Below are positions 38,146-46,899 of a DNA stretch of 64,000 bases, one piece after another. The DNA is taken from contig JBCNUX010000004.1 in the NCBI GenBank assembly GCA_039630485.1, forward strand, positions 808 to 64,807, in the 5' to 3' direction. A program made the position numbers and the translations under genes. The first letter of the stretch is position 1, and the number at the start of each line of letters is the position of its first letter. The notes under the pieces are model-generated. The model did no database searches, was not told the DNA's origin, and saw nothing but the letters and a program-made list of their open reading frames with translations. The DNA is from Chlorobiota bacterium (lineage in GTDB: Bacteria; Bacteroidota; Ignavibacteria; Kapaibacteriales; HRBIN21).

Positions 38146-38850
38146 ATGCACGTTTTCCTCATCGGCGCGATAGCTACTCTCCTCGTCGGATGCCACACGA
38201 ACCGACTGGCTCAGTATCCCATCATTGGGAGCACAGCCCTCTTCCAAGTTCAGGTCTCGCCGAGGGCCTTCGGTGCAGAAGTCTGGATTGCTCCCCTACC
38301 TGAGGACACGGCCCGCCCGCGAGAAGCTAAGTGGATGCTGGAAATCGCCCGCACTGCTGGGGAGTTCCTGACCGAGGCTGCAGCGTACCAGAAGCTTCAG
38401 CAAGCAATTGTCCCAGAAGAGTTGGCCCTATCAGCCGGCCGCGGCTTCCAGAAGGCTGCCGAAGACTATCTTCGGCTCCGACCGGTACGCTCCCGAGAGG
38501 ACAACCCTGCCTTCTTGGTGGAGACCATCTTGGAGGAATTCACACTGGCAAGCTCCAGCTTTGGAGTCAGCGCGCAGGTCAGAGTCCGTTCCCGCATCAT
38601 CCACCGGGAGACCGCACGGATCGTCTGGGAAGATTCCGAACATACTTCCATCCCCTTGCAGCGTACGACTGCGGCAGCCTTCGTTCCAGGTGTAGCAACG
38701 GTAGCTAGCATTCTCAACGCCGGACGACTCCTGTCGCTGGAGGCTGAGGAGATCCGGCGTATCTTAGCGCAGGCTGCCCAACGAGCTGGAGAAGAGCTCG
38801 GGGAAAGCCTCCGAAAGGACGTCGAGAAACTGCCACGCAAGGGCGCGTAG
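38146..38850 (+). CDS. hypothetical lipoprotein
   Basis: ATG 38146 gives MHVFLIGAIATLLVGC (lipobox). I recognise no family. Confidence 0.5.
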   Translation: MHVFLIGAIATLLVGCHTNRLAQYPIIGSTALFQVQVSPRAFGAEVWIAPLPEDTARPREAKWMLEIARTAGEFLTEAAAYQKLQQAIVPEELALSAGRGFQKAAEDYLRLRPVRSREDNPAFLVETILEEFTLASSSFGVSAQVRVRSRIIHRETARIVWEDSEHTSIPLQRTTAAAFVPGVATVASILNAGRLLSLEAEEIRRILAQAAQRAGEELGESLRKDVEKLPRKGA

Positions 38851-38868
38851 AGGCCATCAGCAATACCC

Positions 38869-39576
38869 TCAGCTTTGGCGTAGGAGGAATCTCACAAGGC
38901 CGAGAGCGACTACAGCAGCTGTCTCTGCACGCAGACGCTGTCGGCCCAGAGACCACAGTGCGGCCCTCGCCCGTTGAAGTATCTGCAGTTCCTCTACCGA
39001 CCATCCGCCTTCGGGACCCACGAGGACCAATGTCGGAGAGCTTCTCAAAGGAGCTGGTTCCCCTCCAGACACCTCCGCTACAACCCACTGCCTGTAAGCC
39101 GGAAACACGCTGTCACAGCACTCGACCAATCCCATAGGGCCCCGAATACTGGGCATCCAGGCCCGATGCGCTTGCTTGACTGCAGCAAGAACCTTCGCTC
39201 GAAGACGCTCCAGACGCACCTCACACGGCTGTGTGTAGCACGTCTGCAGGAGGACGATCTCCTGTACCCCAAGCTCCACCGCCTTCTCTACGGCAAATTC
39301 CAGTCGTTCGCGGTCATGGAGGAGACCAATCGCTAGTCCTAATCGCACTGGGAATTCCGGCGGTTCCAGAAGCTCTACGACCCTGAAGAGCGCTCGAGGT
39401 GGGGCTTTGGAGTACTGGAGTAGTTCACCCACAACGAGGCAGCCGCGTCCGTTCGTGAGTGCTACCCGCTCTCCTTGGCGGAGCCGTAGGACCCTCACGT
39501 GGCGGAGTTCGTCTGGATCGGTAAGCTCAACGAACACCTGCCCAACCTCTAAGGCAGGCACGTACAGGCACTCCAT
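38869..39576 (-). CDS. rsmE: 16S rRNA (uracil1498-N3)-methyltransferase
   Basis: RsmE pattern: HVRVLRLRQGERVALTNGRG, AIGLLHDRERLEFAVEKAVELGV, LVGPEGGWSVEE. Confidence 0.85.
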   Translation of the reverse strand: MECLYVPALEVGQVFVELTDPDELRHVRVLRLRQGERVALTNGRGCLVVGELLQYSKAPPRALFRVVELLEPPEFPVRLGLAIGLLHDRERLEFAVEKAVELGVQEIVLLQTCYTQPCEVRLERLRAKVLAAVKQAHRAWMPSIRGPMGLVECCDSVFPAYRQWVVAEVSGGEPAPLRSSPTLVLVGPEGGWSVEELQILQRARAALWSLGRQRLRAETAAVVALGLVRFLLRQS

Positions 39577-40319
39577 CAGCGCAGCTTCAGAGGGGGCAGC
39601 AGACGACCGTAGCGGATGAGCTCTACCATCTGGCGAACGGCCTGTTCAAAGCCCACGAAGATGGAGCGAGCCACAATCGCATGCCCAATGCTTACATCTT
39701 GGATCGCTGGAATGCGACAGATGGGAATGATGTTGTCGTAGTCCAAGCCATGACCGGCAGCAACATCCAACCCCAGCCGCTGAGCGAACTCTGCAGCATT
39801 GAGCAGGCGCTGGAGCTCCCGTTGCGCAGCCTGTGGGTTGGTTGCCGCCGCATAGTGCCCTGTGTGTAGCTCGACGATATCTGCACCGACCTCGGCAGCG
39901 GCTTCTATCTGTTCCAGCACTGGCTCCACGAACAGACTCACCTGGATTTCCGCCTCGTGCAGCCGTTCAACCACTGTCTGGAGGTAGTGCTGCTGCTCGA
40001 CAACATTGAGTCCACCTTCAGTCGTCCGCTCCTGGCGCCGCTCCGGCACCAGAGTGACGAGATCCGGCAGCACCTCGCAGGCGATGTTGACCATCTCCTC
40101 CGTTGCCGCCATTTCCAGGTTGAGCCGTGTCTTGACCACCTCGCGAAGCAGCCGAACGTCCCGATCGTTGATGTGGCGCCGATCTTCCCGCAGATGGCAC
40201 ACAATCCCAGCAGCTCCAGCCAATTCCGCCAGCATCGCAGCCATCACGGGATCGGGGCGCACCCCTCCGCGGGCCTCACGCACCGTTGCCACATGGTCCA
40301 CGTTAACGCTCAGCTCCAT
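39576..40319 (-). CDS. pdxJ: pyridoxine 5'-phosphate synthase
   Basis: ATG 40319 is preceded by GGAGGGGAGA. MELSVNVDHVATVREARGG...CHLREDRRHI...LNLEMA...VELHTG...AGHGL. Confidence 0.9.
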   Translation of the reverse strand: MELSVNVDHVATVREARGGVRPDPVMAAMLAELAGAAGIVCHLREDRRHINDRDVRLLREVVKTRLNLEMAATEEMVNIACEVLPDLVTLVPERRQERTTEGGLNVVEQQHYLQTVVERLHEAEIQVSLFVEPVLEQIEAAAEVGADIVELHTGHYAAATNPQAAQRELQRLLNAAEFAQRLGLDVAAGHGLDYDNIIPICRIPAIQDVSIGHAIVARSIFVGFEQAVRQMVELIRYGRLLPPLKLR

Positions 40320-41781
40320 TCTCCCCTCCATGACGTCGTTGCCACCACCGCCAGAAGAAGTATACCGGAACACCGCTCATTACCAGTACAAGCCCTGCGA
40401 CCGTATACCGAGGCTTGACAAGTAGCAAGTCCAGAGCAATCGCTGCAGCACCCAGAATGTACAAGAGCGGCACGACTGGGTAGCCTGGTGCCTTATACGG
40501 TCGCTCGGCCTCCGGTAGCTTATGCCGTAGGACGATGATGCCCGCAATAGTCGCAACGTAGAAGAGCAACACCGCAAACACGATGTAGTCCAACAGGTCT
40601 CCATACCGCCCCGAGAGGCACAACACGCTTGCCCAGATCGCCTGCAGCACTAAAGCCACTCCAGGCACCGCGAACCGATTCAGTCGGCCTGCCGAACGGA
40701 AAAAGAGCCCATCCTGGGCCATCGCGTAGTAGACCCGTGCGCCCGACAGAATCAACCCGTTGTTGCATCCGAAGGTGGAGACCATGATGAGGATAGCCAT
40801 CACCACGGCTCCCCAGGGGCCGAAGATTGCCTCTGCTACCGCTGTCCCTACACGGTCGTTCGCTGCAAATTGGATACCGCGCTCCCAGACACTCGTCCCG
40901 TCCAGCATCCCCCGTACTGGTAGCACGCTCATGTATGCGACGTTCGCCAAAACGTAGAGCAGAGTCACGATGACGACCCCCAAAGCCATGCTGCGGGGGA
41001 CTGTCCGCTGCGGTTCCACTACCTCGGCTGCTGCAAAGGTGATGTTATTCCAGGCATCAGCAGCGAAGAGCGAGCCCACCATCGCCGCTCCAAGCGCGGA
41101 TGCCAGCGCGACCCCAGCCAGAGGAACAGCTTGGGTTCCTTCACCACCGGGAACGACCCGCTGCGCGTCCCACAGGACTGCCCAGTTCTGCTGAATGCTC
41201 TCCGCATTGAGCCCTATGCTCAACCCTAGTAGGATAAGCCCGAAGAGCGCGGCTGTCTTCGTCACCGTGAACGTGTCCTGCACGAGCTTGCCCAGCCGGA
41301 CTCCTCGGAGGTTGATTGCAGTCAGCAGCCAAATGCTGGCAATCGCCAGTAGCTGCCCAGCATTGACCTGGATTCCGGCAACGTGGAGGAGGACGTTGCT
41401 TTCAGAGAACCACGGAACTAACACGGCAGTAAACTTCGCAAATGCTACAGCAACGGCTGCGATAGACCCCGTCTGAATGACCAGAAACAGAGCCCAACCG
41501 TAGAGGAAGCCGACAAGCGGCGAGTAGGCCTGTTGCAGATACACGTACTGTCCACCGGCCCGAGGGAAGAGAGCAGCGAGCTCCCCATAGGAGAGTGCCG
41601 CCATGAGCGTCAGTACGCCCGTCAGAATCCACACCAGCAGAACGTAGCCAGGAGCTCCTACGGTCCGGGCAATATCGGCGGTAACGATGAAGATCCCCGA
41701 GCCAATCATAGACCCCACCACGAGCATCGTAGCATCGAACAGGCGAAGTTCCCGCCGAAATGCGGGTTCCTGGCGATTCAT
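40303..41781 (-). CDS. APC-superfamily amino acid permease
   Basis: Trimmed to ATG 41781 (MNRQEPAFRRELRLFDATMLVVGSMIGSGIF). About 12 TM segments. Confidence 0.85.
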   Translation of the reverse strand: MNRQEPAFRRELRLFDATMLVVGSMIGSGIFIVTADIARTVGAPGYVLLVWILTGVLTLMAALSYGELAALFPRAGGQYVYLQQAYSPLVGFLYGWALFLVIQTGSIAAVAVAFAKFTAVLVPWFSESNVLLHVAGIQVNAGQLLAIASIWLLTAINLRGVRLGKLVQDTFTVTKTAALFGLILLGLSIGLNAESIQQNWAVLWDAQRVVPGGEGTQAVPLAGVALASALGAAMVGSLFAADAWNNITFAAAEVVEPQRTVPRSMALGVVIVTLLYVLANVAYMSVLPVRGMLDGTSVWERGIQFAANDRVGTAVAEAIFGPWGAVVMAILIMVSTFGCNNGLILSGARVYYAMAQDGLFFRSAGRLNRFAVPGVALVLQAIWASVLCLSGRYGDLLDYIVFAVLLFYVATIAGIIVLRHKLPEAERPYKAPGYPVVPLLYILGAAAIALDLLLVKPRYTVAGLVLVMSGVPVYFFWRWWQRRHGGENGAER

Positions 41782-41808
41782 CAGCTCTACCCCGGAGTAA
41801 GACACACC

Positions 41809-41837
41809 CGCCGCGCCCGCAAAAGACGCCGCGCCCG
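41809..41837. repeat. 11-nt direct repeat CGCCGCGCCCG x2 (18-nt period) in the divergent promoter region
   Basis: Copies at 41809..41819 and 41827..41837, separated by CAAAAGA. Confidence 0.6.
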
Positions 41838-41872
41838 CTCTCCTCATTGCACGATGGCTGGGAGGCGCAGCG

Positions 41873-41880
41873 TAGTTTTG
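41873..41880 (+). promoter_or_regulatory. TAnnTTTG promoter box (TAGTTTTG) 23 nt upstream of holB
   Basis: Read directly from the sequence. It is correctly oriented for ATG 41903. Confidence 0.5.
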
Positions 41881-41902
41881 CATTCCAGCAAGCAGTCTCC
41901 GG

Positions 41903-43087
41903 ATGGCCTGGTCCTCTATCATCGGCCAACATGCCCTCAAGGGGTTCCTACAGCGAGCCATACTCCAAGGGCGCGTGGCACCGGCTTACTGCTTCTGGGG
42001 CCCAGAAGGGGTGGGAAAAGACGCTCTTGCCTTGGAGTTCGCCAAGCTGCTCAATTGCCAATCTCCCCACCGCTCTGCCGAAGGCATAGAGGCCTGTGAC
42101 GTATGCCAGGACTGTCGCCAAGCTGCTCGCTTAGAACATCCCGCAATACGCCTCATCTTCGCCTTGCCCCCACCGAAGACCCGGACCGATGGCTCCCCCC
42201 TCCTAGGACTCAATGACGACCAGATTGCACTCCTCCGCGAGGAGCTCCGTCGCAAGGCAGAGGACCCTTACCACGATATTACGCTACCGAACGCCCTGCA
42301 GATCCACATCGCCGCTATTCGCGACCTCCAGCGGACACTCTCGATGACGCCCTCGCGCCGTGGCCAGCGCCGCGTCGTCATCATCAGCGAGGCCGACCGC
42401 ATGACAGCAGAAGCCGCTAATGCATGCCTGAAAACCCTCGAAGAACCCCACGATAACACCGTCTTCATCCTCACCACCTCCCGCCGCAACTCACTGCCGA
42501 TGACAATTCTCTCCCGCTGCCAACAGCTCTTCTGCCCTCCTCTGTCGGACGAAGAACTCACAACAGCCCTCCAGCAGCGACACGACCTTTCCGCTGCAGA
42601 AGCCCGCTTGGCAGCGGCGTTCGCTCAGGGGAGCTACACAAAGGCTCGGCTCTTCGCAGAGCATGACATTCAAACCCTTCGGCACCATGCAATTGGACTC
42701 CTGCGCATAGCCTTGAAGCCCAATCGCTTCCGACGCGAGCTCCTACACCACATCGAGCAGCTGTTCTCTTCTGCTGACCGGATGCGTGCCGAACTCATCC
42801 TGGGACTCCTTTTGGTCTGGCTCCGCGATGCCCTCGTACTTTCCCAATCCGGCAATCCTTCGCTACTGGTCAACGCCGACCAGCACGAAACCCTCTCTGC
42901 TTTCCTCCGACGCTTTCCTGAGGCAAACCTCCCTGCAATGGTGAGCACCGTTGACGAGGCGATCCGTCTCCTCTACCGCCATGTGAACGTACCGCTCCTG
43001 GTGCTCACAACTCTTCTACGTTGCCGCGCTCTTACTGATCCATCCCTCTCCCAAGGAGTCACCGATGTCGTTCCTGCCGCTGCATAA
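41903..43087 (+). CDS. holB: DNA polymerase III subunit delta'
   Basis: IIGQHALKGFLQRAILQGRVAPAYCFWGPEGVGKDALALEFAKLLNC, a Cys cluster (C..C..C) and VVIISEADRMTAEAANACLKTLEEP. Confidence 0.85.
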   Translation: MAWSSIIGQHALKGFLQRAILQGRVAPAYCFWGPEGVGKDALALEFAKLLNCQSPHRSAEGIEACDVCQDCRQAARLEHPAIRLIFALPPPKTRTDGSPLLGLNDDQIALLREELRRKAEDPYHDITLPNALQIHIAAIRDLQRTLSMTPSRRGQRRVVIISEADRMTAEAANACLKTLEEPHDNTVFILTTSRRNSLPMTILSRCQQLFCPPLSDEELTTALQQRHDLSAAEARLAAAFAQGSYTKARLFAEHDIQTLRHHAIGLLRIALKPNRFRRELLHHIEQLFSSADRMRAELILGLLLVWLRDALVLSQSGNPSLLVNADQHETLSAFLRRFPEANLPAMVSTVDEAIRLLYRHVNVPLLVLTTLLRCRALTDPSLSQGVTDVVPAAA

Positions 43088-44138
43088 CGTGCTGATCACT
43101 CCACCCCAGCCCACCTCAACGGCTGCCGACGCCATAGCCTCCGAGCTTTGGGAGCGCCAGAGTGCCTGCTCTACCTGTACGCGCCAAAGCCCCACGCAGC
43201 CGCCATTGCGTGCAGAACCTGACCAACCATCGCCAGTAGTGGAGGTAGAGTTCAAAGGCCACCGCAAGCTACTGTGTGCAAACCCCCGCCAGCTTCGCCT
43301 CCAGCTCAGAGAGCTTGTCCTCGTAGCAGTTCCCACAGGGACCGATGCCGGATACATCTGTGCTCTCGGTGACCTTGCCCTGCGGAAGCAACGTCTCTTC
43401 TACGCCAACGCTGAACCGAGCAGCAGCATCCTGCGGAAGGCTACGGAAACCGACCAGGCACAGTACGAGCGGAACCGCCAAGAGGAACTGCAAATCCTCC
43501 AGGAAGCCCGTCGCCTAGCACGAACGCTACCGGAACTGGAGCAAATGAAGTTGACGGACGCTGAATGGCAGTGGGACCGCCGCCGATTGACACTCTACTT
43601 CACAGCCCCCGGACGTGTGGACTTCCGCAAGTATGTCCGTCTACTCACGCAGCGTTTCCGCGCTCGCATAGAGCTGCGCCAAATCCAACCACGTGAGGAG
43701 ACACGCCGTCTTGGGGGAATCGGCCCCTGCGGCCGTGAGCTCTGCTGCTCTACGTTCCTCCGGGAATGCCGGCCCGTCCCATTAGCGGCCGTCCGCACCC
43801 AGTTGCTCCCCTTTAACCTACTGCGCCTCAGCGGCCTGTGCGGACGCCTCAAGTGCTGTCTCCTCTATGAGCTCTCCTTCTACCGCGAGGCGCTCCAGCA
43901 CTATCCTCCGCTGAACGCCACCGTCCACACAGAAGCCGGACCAGCAAAGATTGTCAAGCTCGACATCTTCCGAGAACAGCTCCAACTTCAACTCATCGAA
44001 ACAGGAACCTTTCTCACCCTCTCCCTAGCCCAGATTACCGACCTCTGGCGACAGGGGAAGGTAGAGCTACCAACTGCCCTCGAACCCCCTTCGCCCTCTG
44101 AAGGAGAGAGTCTCCCTCCCGAAGAAGAGCTCGCATGA
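43065..44138 (+). CDS. PSP1-domain protein (RicT/YaaT-like)
   Basis: ATG 43065 has an AAGGAG Shine-Dalgarno sequence. PSP1 C-terminal domain with Cys motifs GPCGRELCCSTFL and GLCGRLKCCLLYE. The holB-yaaT adjacency matches B. subtilis. Confidence 0.8.
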   Translation: MSFLPLHNVLITPPQPTSTAADAIASELWERQSACSTCTRQSPTQPPLRAEPDQPSPVVEVEFKGHRKLLCANPRQLRLQLRELVLVAVPTGTDAGYICALGDLALRKQRLFYANAEPSSSILRKATETDQAQYERNRQEELQILQEARRLARTLPELEQMKLTDAEWQWDRRRLTLYFTAPGRVDFRKYVRLLTQRFRARIELRQIQPREETRRLGGIGPCGRELCCSTFLRECRPVPLAAVRTQLLPFNLLRLSGLCGRLKCCLLYELSFYREALQHYPPLNATVHTEAGPAKIVKLDIFREQLQLQLIETGTFLTLSLAQITDLWRQGKVELPTALEPPSPSEGESLPPEEELA

Positions 44139-45211
44139 CTGCACGATTCGTAGCATTCGTGGCAACACTCTGCCTTGCCACGAGTATGTTCCTCCTCGCC
44201 GCTGATCCTGACTCACTACGTGACCCGAGAGAAATCCACCTCCGCAACATTCGGCAGCTCACCACCGGAGGTAAGCATGCAGAGGCCTACTTCTCATTCG
44301 CCGAGGATATGATCTGCTTCCAAGCAAGCCCTCTCAACAACCCCTGCGATCAAATCTTCCTGATGGACACCGCTGGACAGCGCCGGAAGCAAGTCTCCCC
44401 TGGCTACGGGCGTACTACGTGTGCATACTTCCTGCCCGATGGACGCCTACTCTACGCTACGACCCATCTGAACGACACCGCCTGTCCCCCACCTCCCTCA
44501 CGAGAGCTCGGCTACGTCTGGCCAGTCTATGCCTCGTATGACATCGTCATCGTGGACACATCCACGGGTCGTATTCTACAGCGCCTGGCTTCCACCGATG
44601 GCTACGACGCAGAAGCTACTGTTTCCCCAAGAGGGGACCGGATTGTCTTCACTTCTGCCCGTGACGGTGACTTAGAGCTCTACTCCTGCAATTTGGATGG
44701 GAGCGACCTTCGGCGCTTAACCTTTACCCCTGGCTACGACGGAGGAGCCTTCTACAGCTGGGATGGGCGTCAGATCGTCTACCGTGCTTACCATCCCACA
44801 GGGGCTGAGCTGGAAGAGTACTATCGCTTACTACGTCAGCAGGTGGTGCGTCCACACCGCACGGAAATCTTCGTCATGGATGCTGATGGAAGGAACGTCC
44901 GTCAGATCACCAACAACGGCGCTGCAAACTTCGCCCCTTTCTTCCATCCCGACGGCAAGCGGATTATCTTCAGCTCGAATCTCCACGACCCGACTCGACG
45001 CAGTTTCAGCCTGTACATCATCAACACGGATGGCACAGGTTTGCGCCGCATTACCTACGGGGCTTCCTTCGATAGCTTCCCAATGTTCACCCGAGATGGC
45101 AAGAAACTCATCTTCTGCTCTAACCGCAACGCCCGCTACCCCGGCGAGTTCAACATCTTCATTGCTGACTGGCTTGAAGAGCCGACTGCCGCGCCACAGC
45201 CTCATCGCTAG
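44135..45211 (+). CDS. TolB-like / PD40 beta-propeller periplasmic protein
   Basis: Signal peptide MTARFVAFVATLCLATSMFLLAA. Repeated PD40-like blocks (SPRGDRIVFTS.RDGDLELY, FHPDGKRIIFSS, FTRDGKKLIFCSNR). Confidence 0.7.
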   Translation: MTARFVAFVATLCLATSMFLLAADPDSLRDPREIHLRNIRQLTTGGKHAEAYFSFAEDMICFQASPLNNPCDQIFLMDTAGQRRKQVSPGYGRTTCAYFLPDGRLLYATTHLNDTACPPPPSRELGYVWPVYASYDIVIVDTSTGRILQRLASTDGYDAEATVSPRGDRIVFTSARDGDLELYSCNLDGSDLRRLTFTPGYDGGAFYSWDGRQIVYRAYHPTGAELEEYYRLLRQQVVRPHRTEIFVMDADGRNVRQITNNGAANFAPFFHPDGKRIIFSSNLHDPTRRSFSLYIINTDGTGLRRITYGASFDSFPMFTRDGKKLIFCSNRNARYPGEFNIFIADWLEEPTAAPQPHR

Positions 45212-45270
45212 GCCGCTCTCGCAGTAGTTCTAAAGCTTCTCGAAATCGCTCAGCAAGCAAGGAGTAGCCT

Positions 45271-45290
45271 ACCCGAAATTACCCGAAATT
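45271..45290. repeat. perfect 10-bp tandem duplication ACCCGAAATT x2
   Basis: Read directly at 45271..45280 and 45281..45290, in the intergenic region. Confidence 0.8.
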
Positions 45291-45390
45291 CCATAGGCAC
45301 CCCCTTCAGCGCTCCACGCCTTAAGGAGACGCAGGAAAGAGGGGTTTCGGCCTTGTTCCTTGTTGAGGCTGAGGAGTCGGAGGGGACTCG

Positions 45391-45398
45391 TATATTTG
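45391..45398 (+). promoter_or_regulatory. TAnnTTTG promoter box (TATATTTG) upstream of the P460 gene
   Basis: It lies 36 nt before ATG 45434 and 63 nt before ATG 45461. Confidence 0.45.
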
Positions 45399-45433
45399 CA
45401 TCGGAGTCCGATGTAACTACGCGTGCTTCAGAC

Positions 45434-45967
45434 ATGTCCAACATCCAACGGGGTAAGAAAATGCCACACCGCTCAAAGCTCGGCATTCTAACGGCAGTGT
45501 GCGGAGCAGGTGCGGTCCTAGTACTCGCGGTTGCCCAGCAGAATCCTGCAAACACCATTCCGTACCCACAGGGGTACCGCTCGTGGACGCACATCAAAAC
45601 TGCTCTCCTCCACCCTGGCCATCCGCTCTATAACGACTTCGGTGGGATCCACCACGTCTACGCTAATCCAAAGGCTGCTGAAGCTTTGCAGAAAGGAGCC
45701 ACGAGGTTCCCTGACGGCTCTATTCTGGTCTTCGACCTCTTGGAAGCTCCAACCGCTGACAATGCCACAACGGAAGGCAAGCGAAAGGTCTTAGCTGTCA
45801 TGGTCAAGAACTCTAAGCGCTTCCGCGAAACCGGAGGCTGGGGTTATGCAGCCTTTGCTGAAGGAGATCCCAAACGGCAGATTGTCACCGACATGAAGAC
45901 CGCCTGCCATAACTGCCATGCTGGCCAAGCCCACCGAGACTACGTCTTTAGCCAGTGGCGACCGTAG
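45434..45967 (+). CDS. cytochrome P460-family haem protein
   Basis: Signal peptide (..MPHRSKLGILTAVCGAGAVLVLAVAQQ). YPQGYRSWTHIK, a C-terminal CHNCH haem motif and ...DYVFSQWRP. The start is ATG 45434 or 45461. Confidence 0.7.
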   Translation: MSNIQRGKKMPHRSKLGILTAVCGAGAVLVLAVAQQNPANTIPYPQGYRSWTHIKTALLHPGHPLYNDFGGIHHVYANPKAAEALQKGATRFPDGSILVFDLLEAPTADNATTEGKRKVLAVMVKNSKRFRETGGWGYAAFAEGDPKRQIVTDMKTACHNCHAGQAHRDYVFSQWRP

Positions 45968-46171
45968 AGACCTAAGCCGCGGAAGAGACTAAGCTCCAAA
46001 GGGACTAAGCCATGGTATGGGAGTGCGTGCGGCTCTACAGCCGCGCGTAGGGGAGGGTGGCACACGGCTGCTGGAAGTGGTGCTAGGCGTAGGCTAGCGC
46101 TTTGTGGTCGTAAGTTGTTGCAATAACGGCAAATTCCGTGCTCGTCTTGTAGTTTGCTGCTGCCGTTCGCA

Positions 46172-46179
46172 TAACTTTG
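46172..46179 (+). promoter_or_regulatory. TAnnTTTG promoter box (TAACTTTG) 29 nt upstream of the MarR gene
   Basis: Read directly from the sequence. It is correctly oriented for ATG 46208. Confidence 0.5.
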
Positions 46180-46207
46180 CGTGCGGTAGTCACAGCATAG
46201 CCCCGTG

Positions 46208-46816
46208 ATGACACTTGCCTCAAAAGTGATTGCTGCTTTAGAACGCCTCGGACGGGTCCTCCGCAGCGTGCTCTTAGCTGATGCCCTGAGCGAAGGTATC
46301 AGCACAACACAAGCCCAAATCTTGCTACAGTGCTACTTACAGCCAGGTCGACTCTACGGCATCACTGAGCTAGCAGGGGAACTGGACTTGACGCAGCCGA
46401 CCGTTAGCGACTCCGTGACATCTCTCCAGCGTAAGGGACTGCTGCAGAAACTACAGCGCGAAGATGATCGCCGTGCCGTTGCCGTTGTGCTGACAGCGAA
46501 AGGCAGGGCGATTGCCCACCGGCTGTGGCAGCGTCAGGTCCAGCGCTTTGAGAAAGTCCTCTCACACCTCTCCGATAACGAGGAGGTGCAACTCCTCCAC
46601 CTATTGCTCCAAACAATCGCTGCCGCCTATGCAGAGGGAATTCTCCAGAGTGCCCGGACGTGTCTGACTTGCCGCTTCCTCCGAAGGCTACCCACCGAAT
46701 ACCGAGAGCGGCAATTGGCCTACTTCTGTAGTCTCCTGGAGATGCCACTGGATATCCCGGACCTTCGGGTTCTCTGCCCCGATCACGAACCACGAGAGGA
46801 AGAGCGCATGAATTAA
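46208..46816 (+). CDS. MarR-family winged-helix regulator with Cys-rich C-terminal extension
   Basis: wHTH core (ITELAGELDLTQPTVSDSVTSLQRKGLLQKLQREDDRRAVAVVLTAKG). An extra roughly 55 aa carry C-x2-C ... C ... C (ARTCLTCRF...YFCSLL...RVLCPDHEP). Confidence 0.75.
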   Translation: MTLASKVIAALERLGRVLRSVLLADALSEGISTTQAQILLQCYLQPGRLYGITELAGELDLTQPTVSDSVTSLQRKGLLQKLQREDDRRAVAVVLTAKGRAIAHRLWQRQVQRFEKVLSHLSDNEEVQLLHLLLQTIAAAYAEGILQSARTCLTCRFLRRLPTEYRERQLAYFCSLLEMPLDIPDLRVLCPDHEPREEERMN

Positions 46817-46840
46817 AGCCTCTCGTCCTACCCTCATCCC

Positions 46841-46881
46841 AAAACAAAAACCGGCCGCAGCCCCTCGCGGACTGCCGCCGG
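46841..46881 (-). terminator. rho-independent terminator of the giant T9SS gene
   Basis: Stem CCGGCCGCAG(46851-60)/CTGCCGCCGG(46872-81) with one mismatch and an 11-nt loop. On the - strand it is followed by TTTTTGTTTT. Confidence 0.55.
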
Positions 46882-46899
46882 GGACGCTCTCCCTCACTC

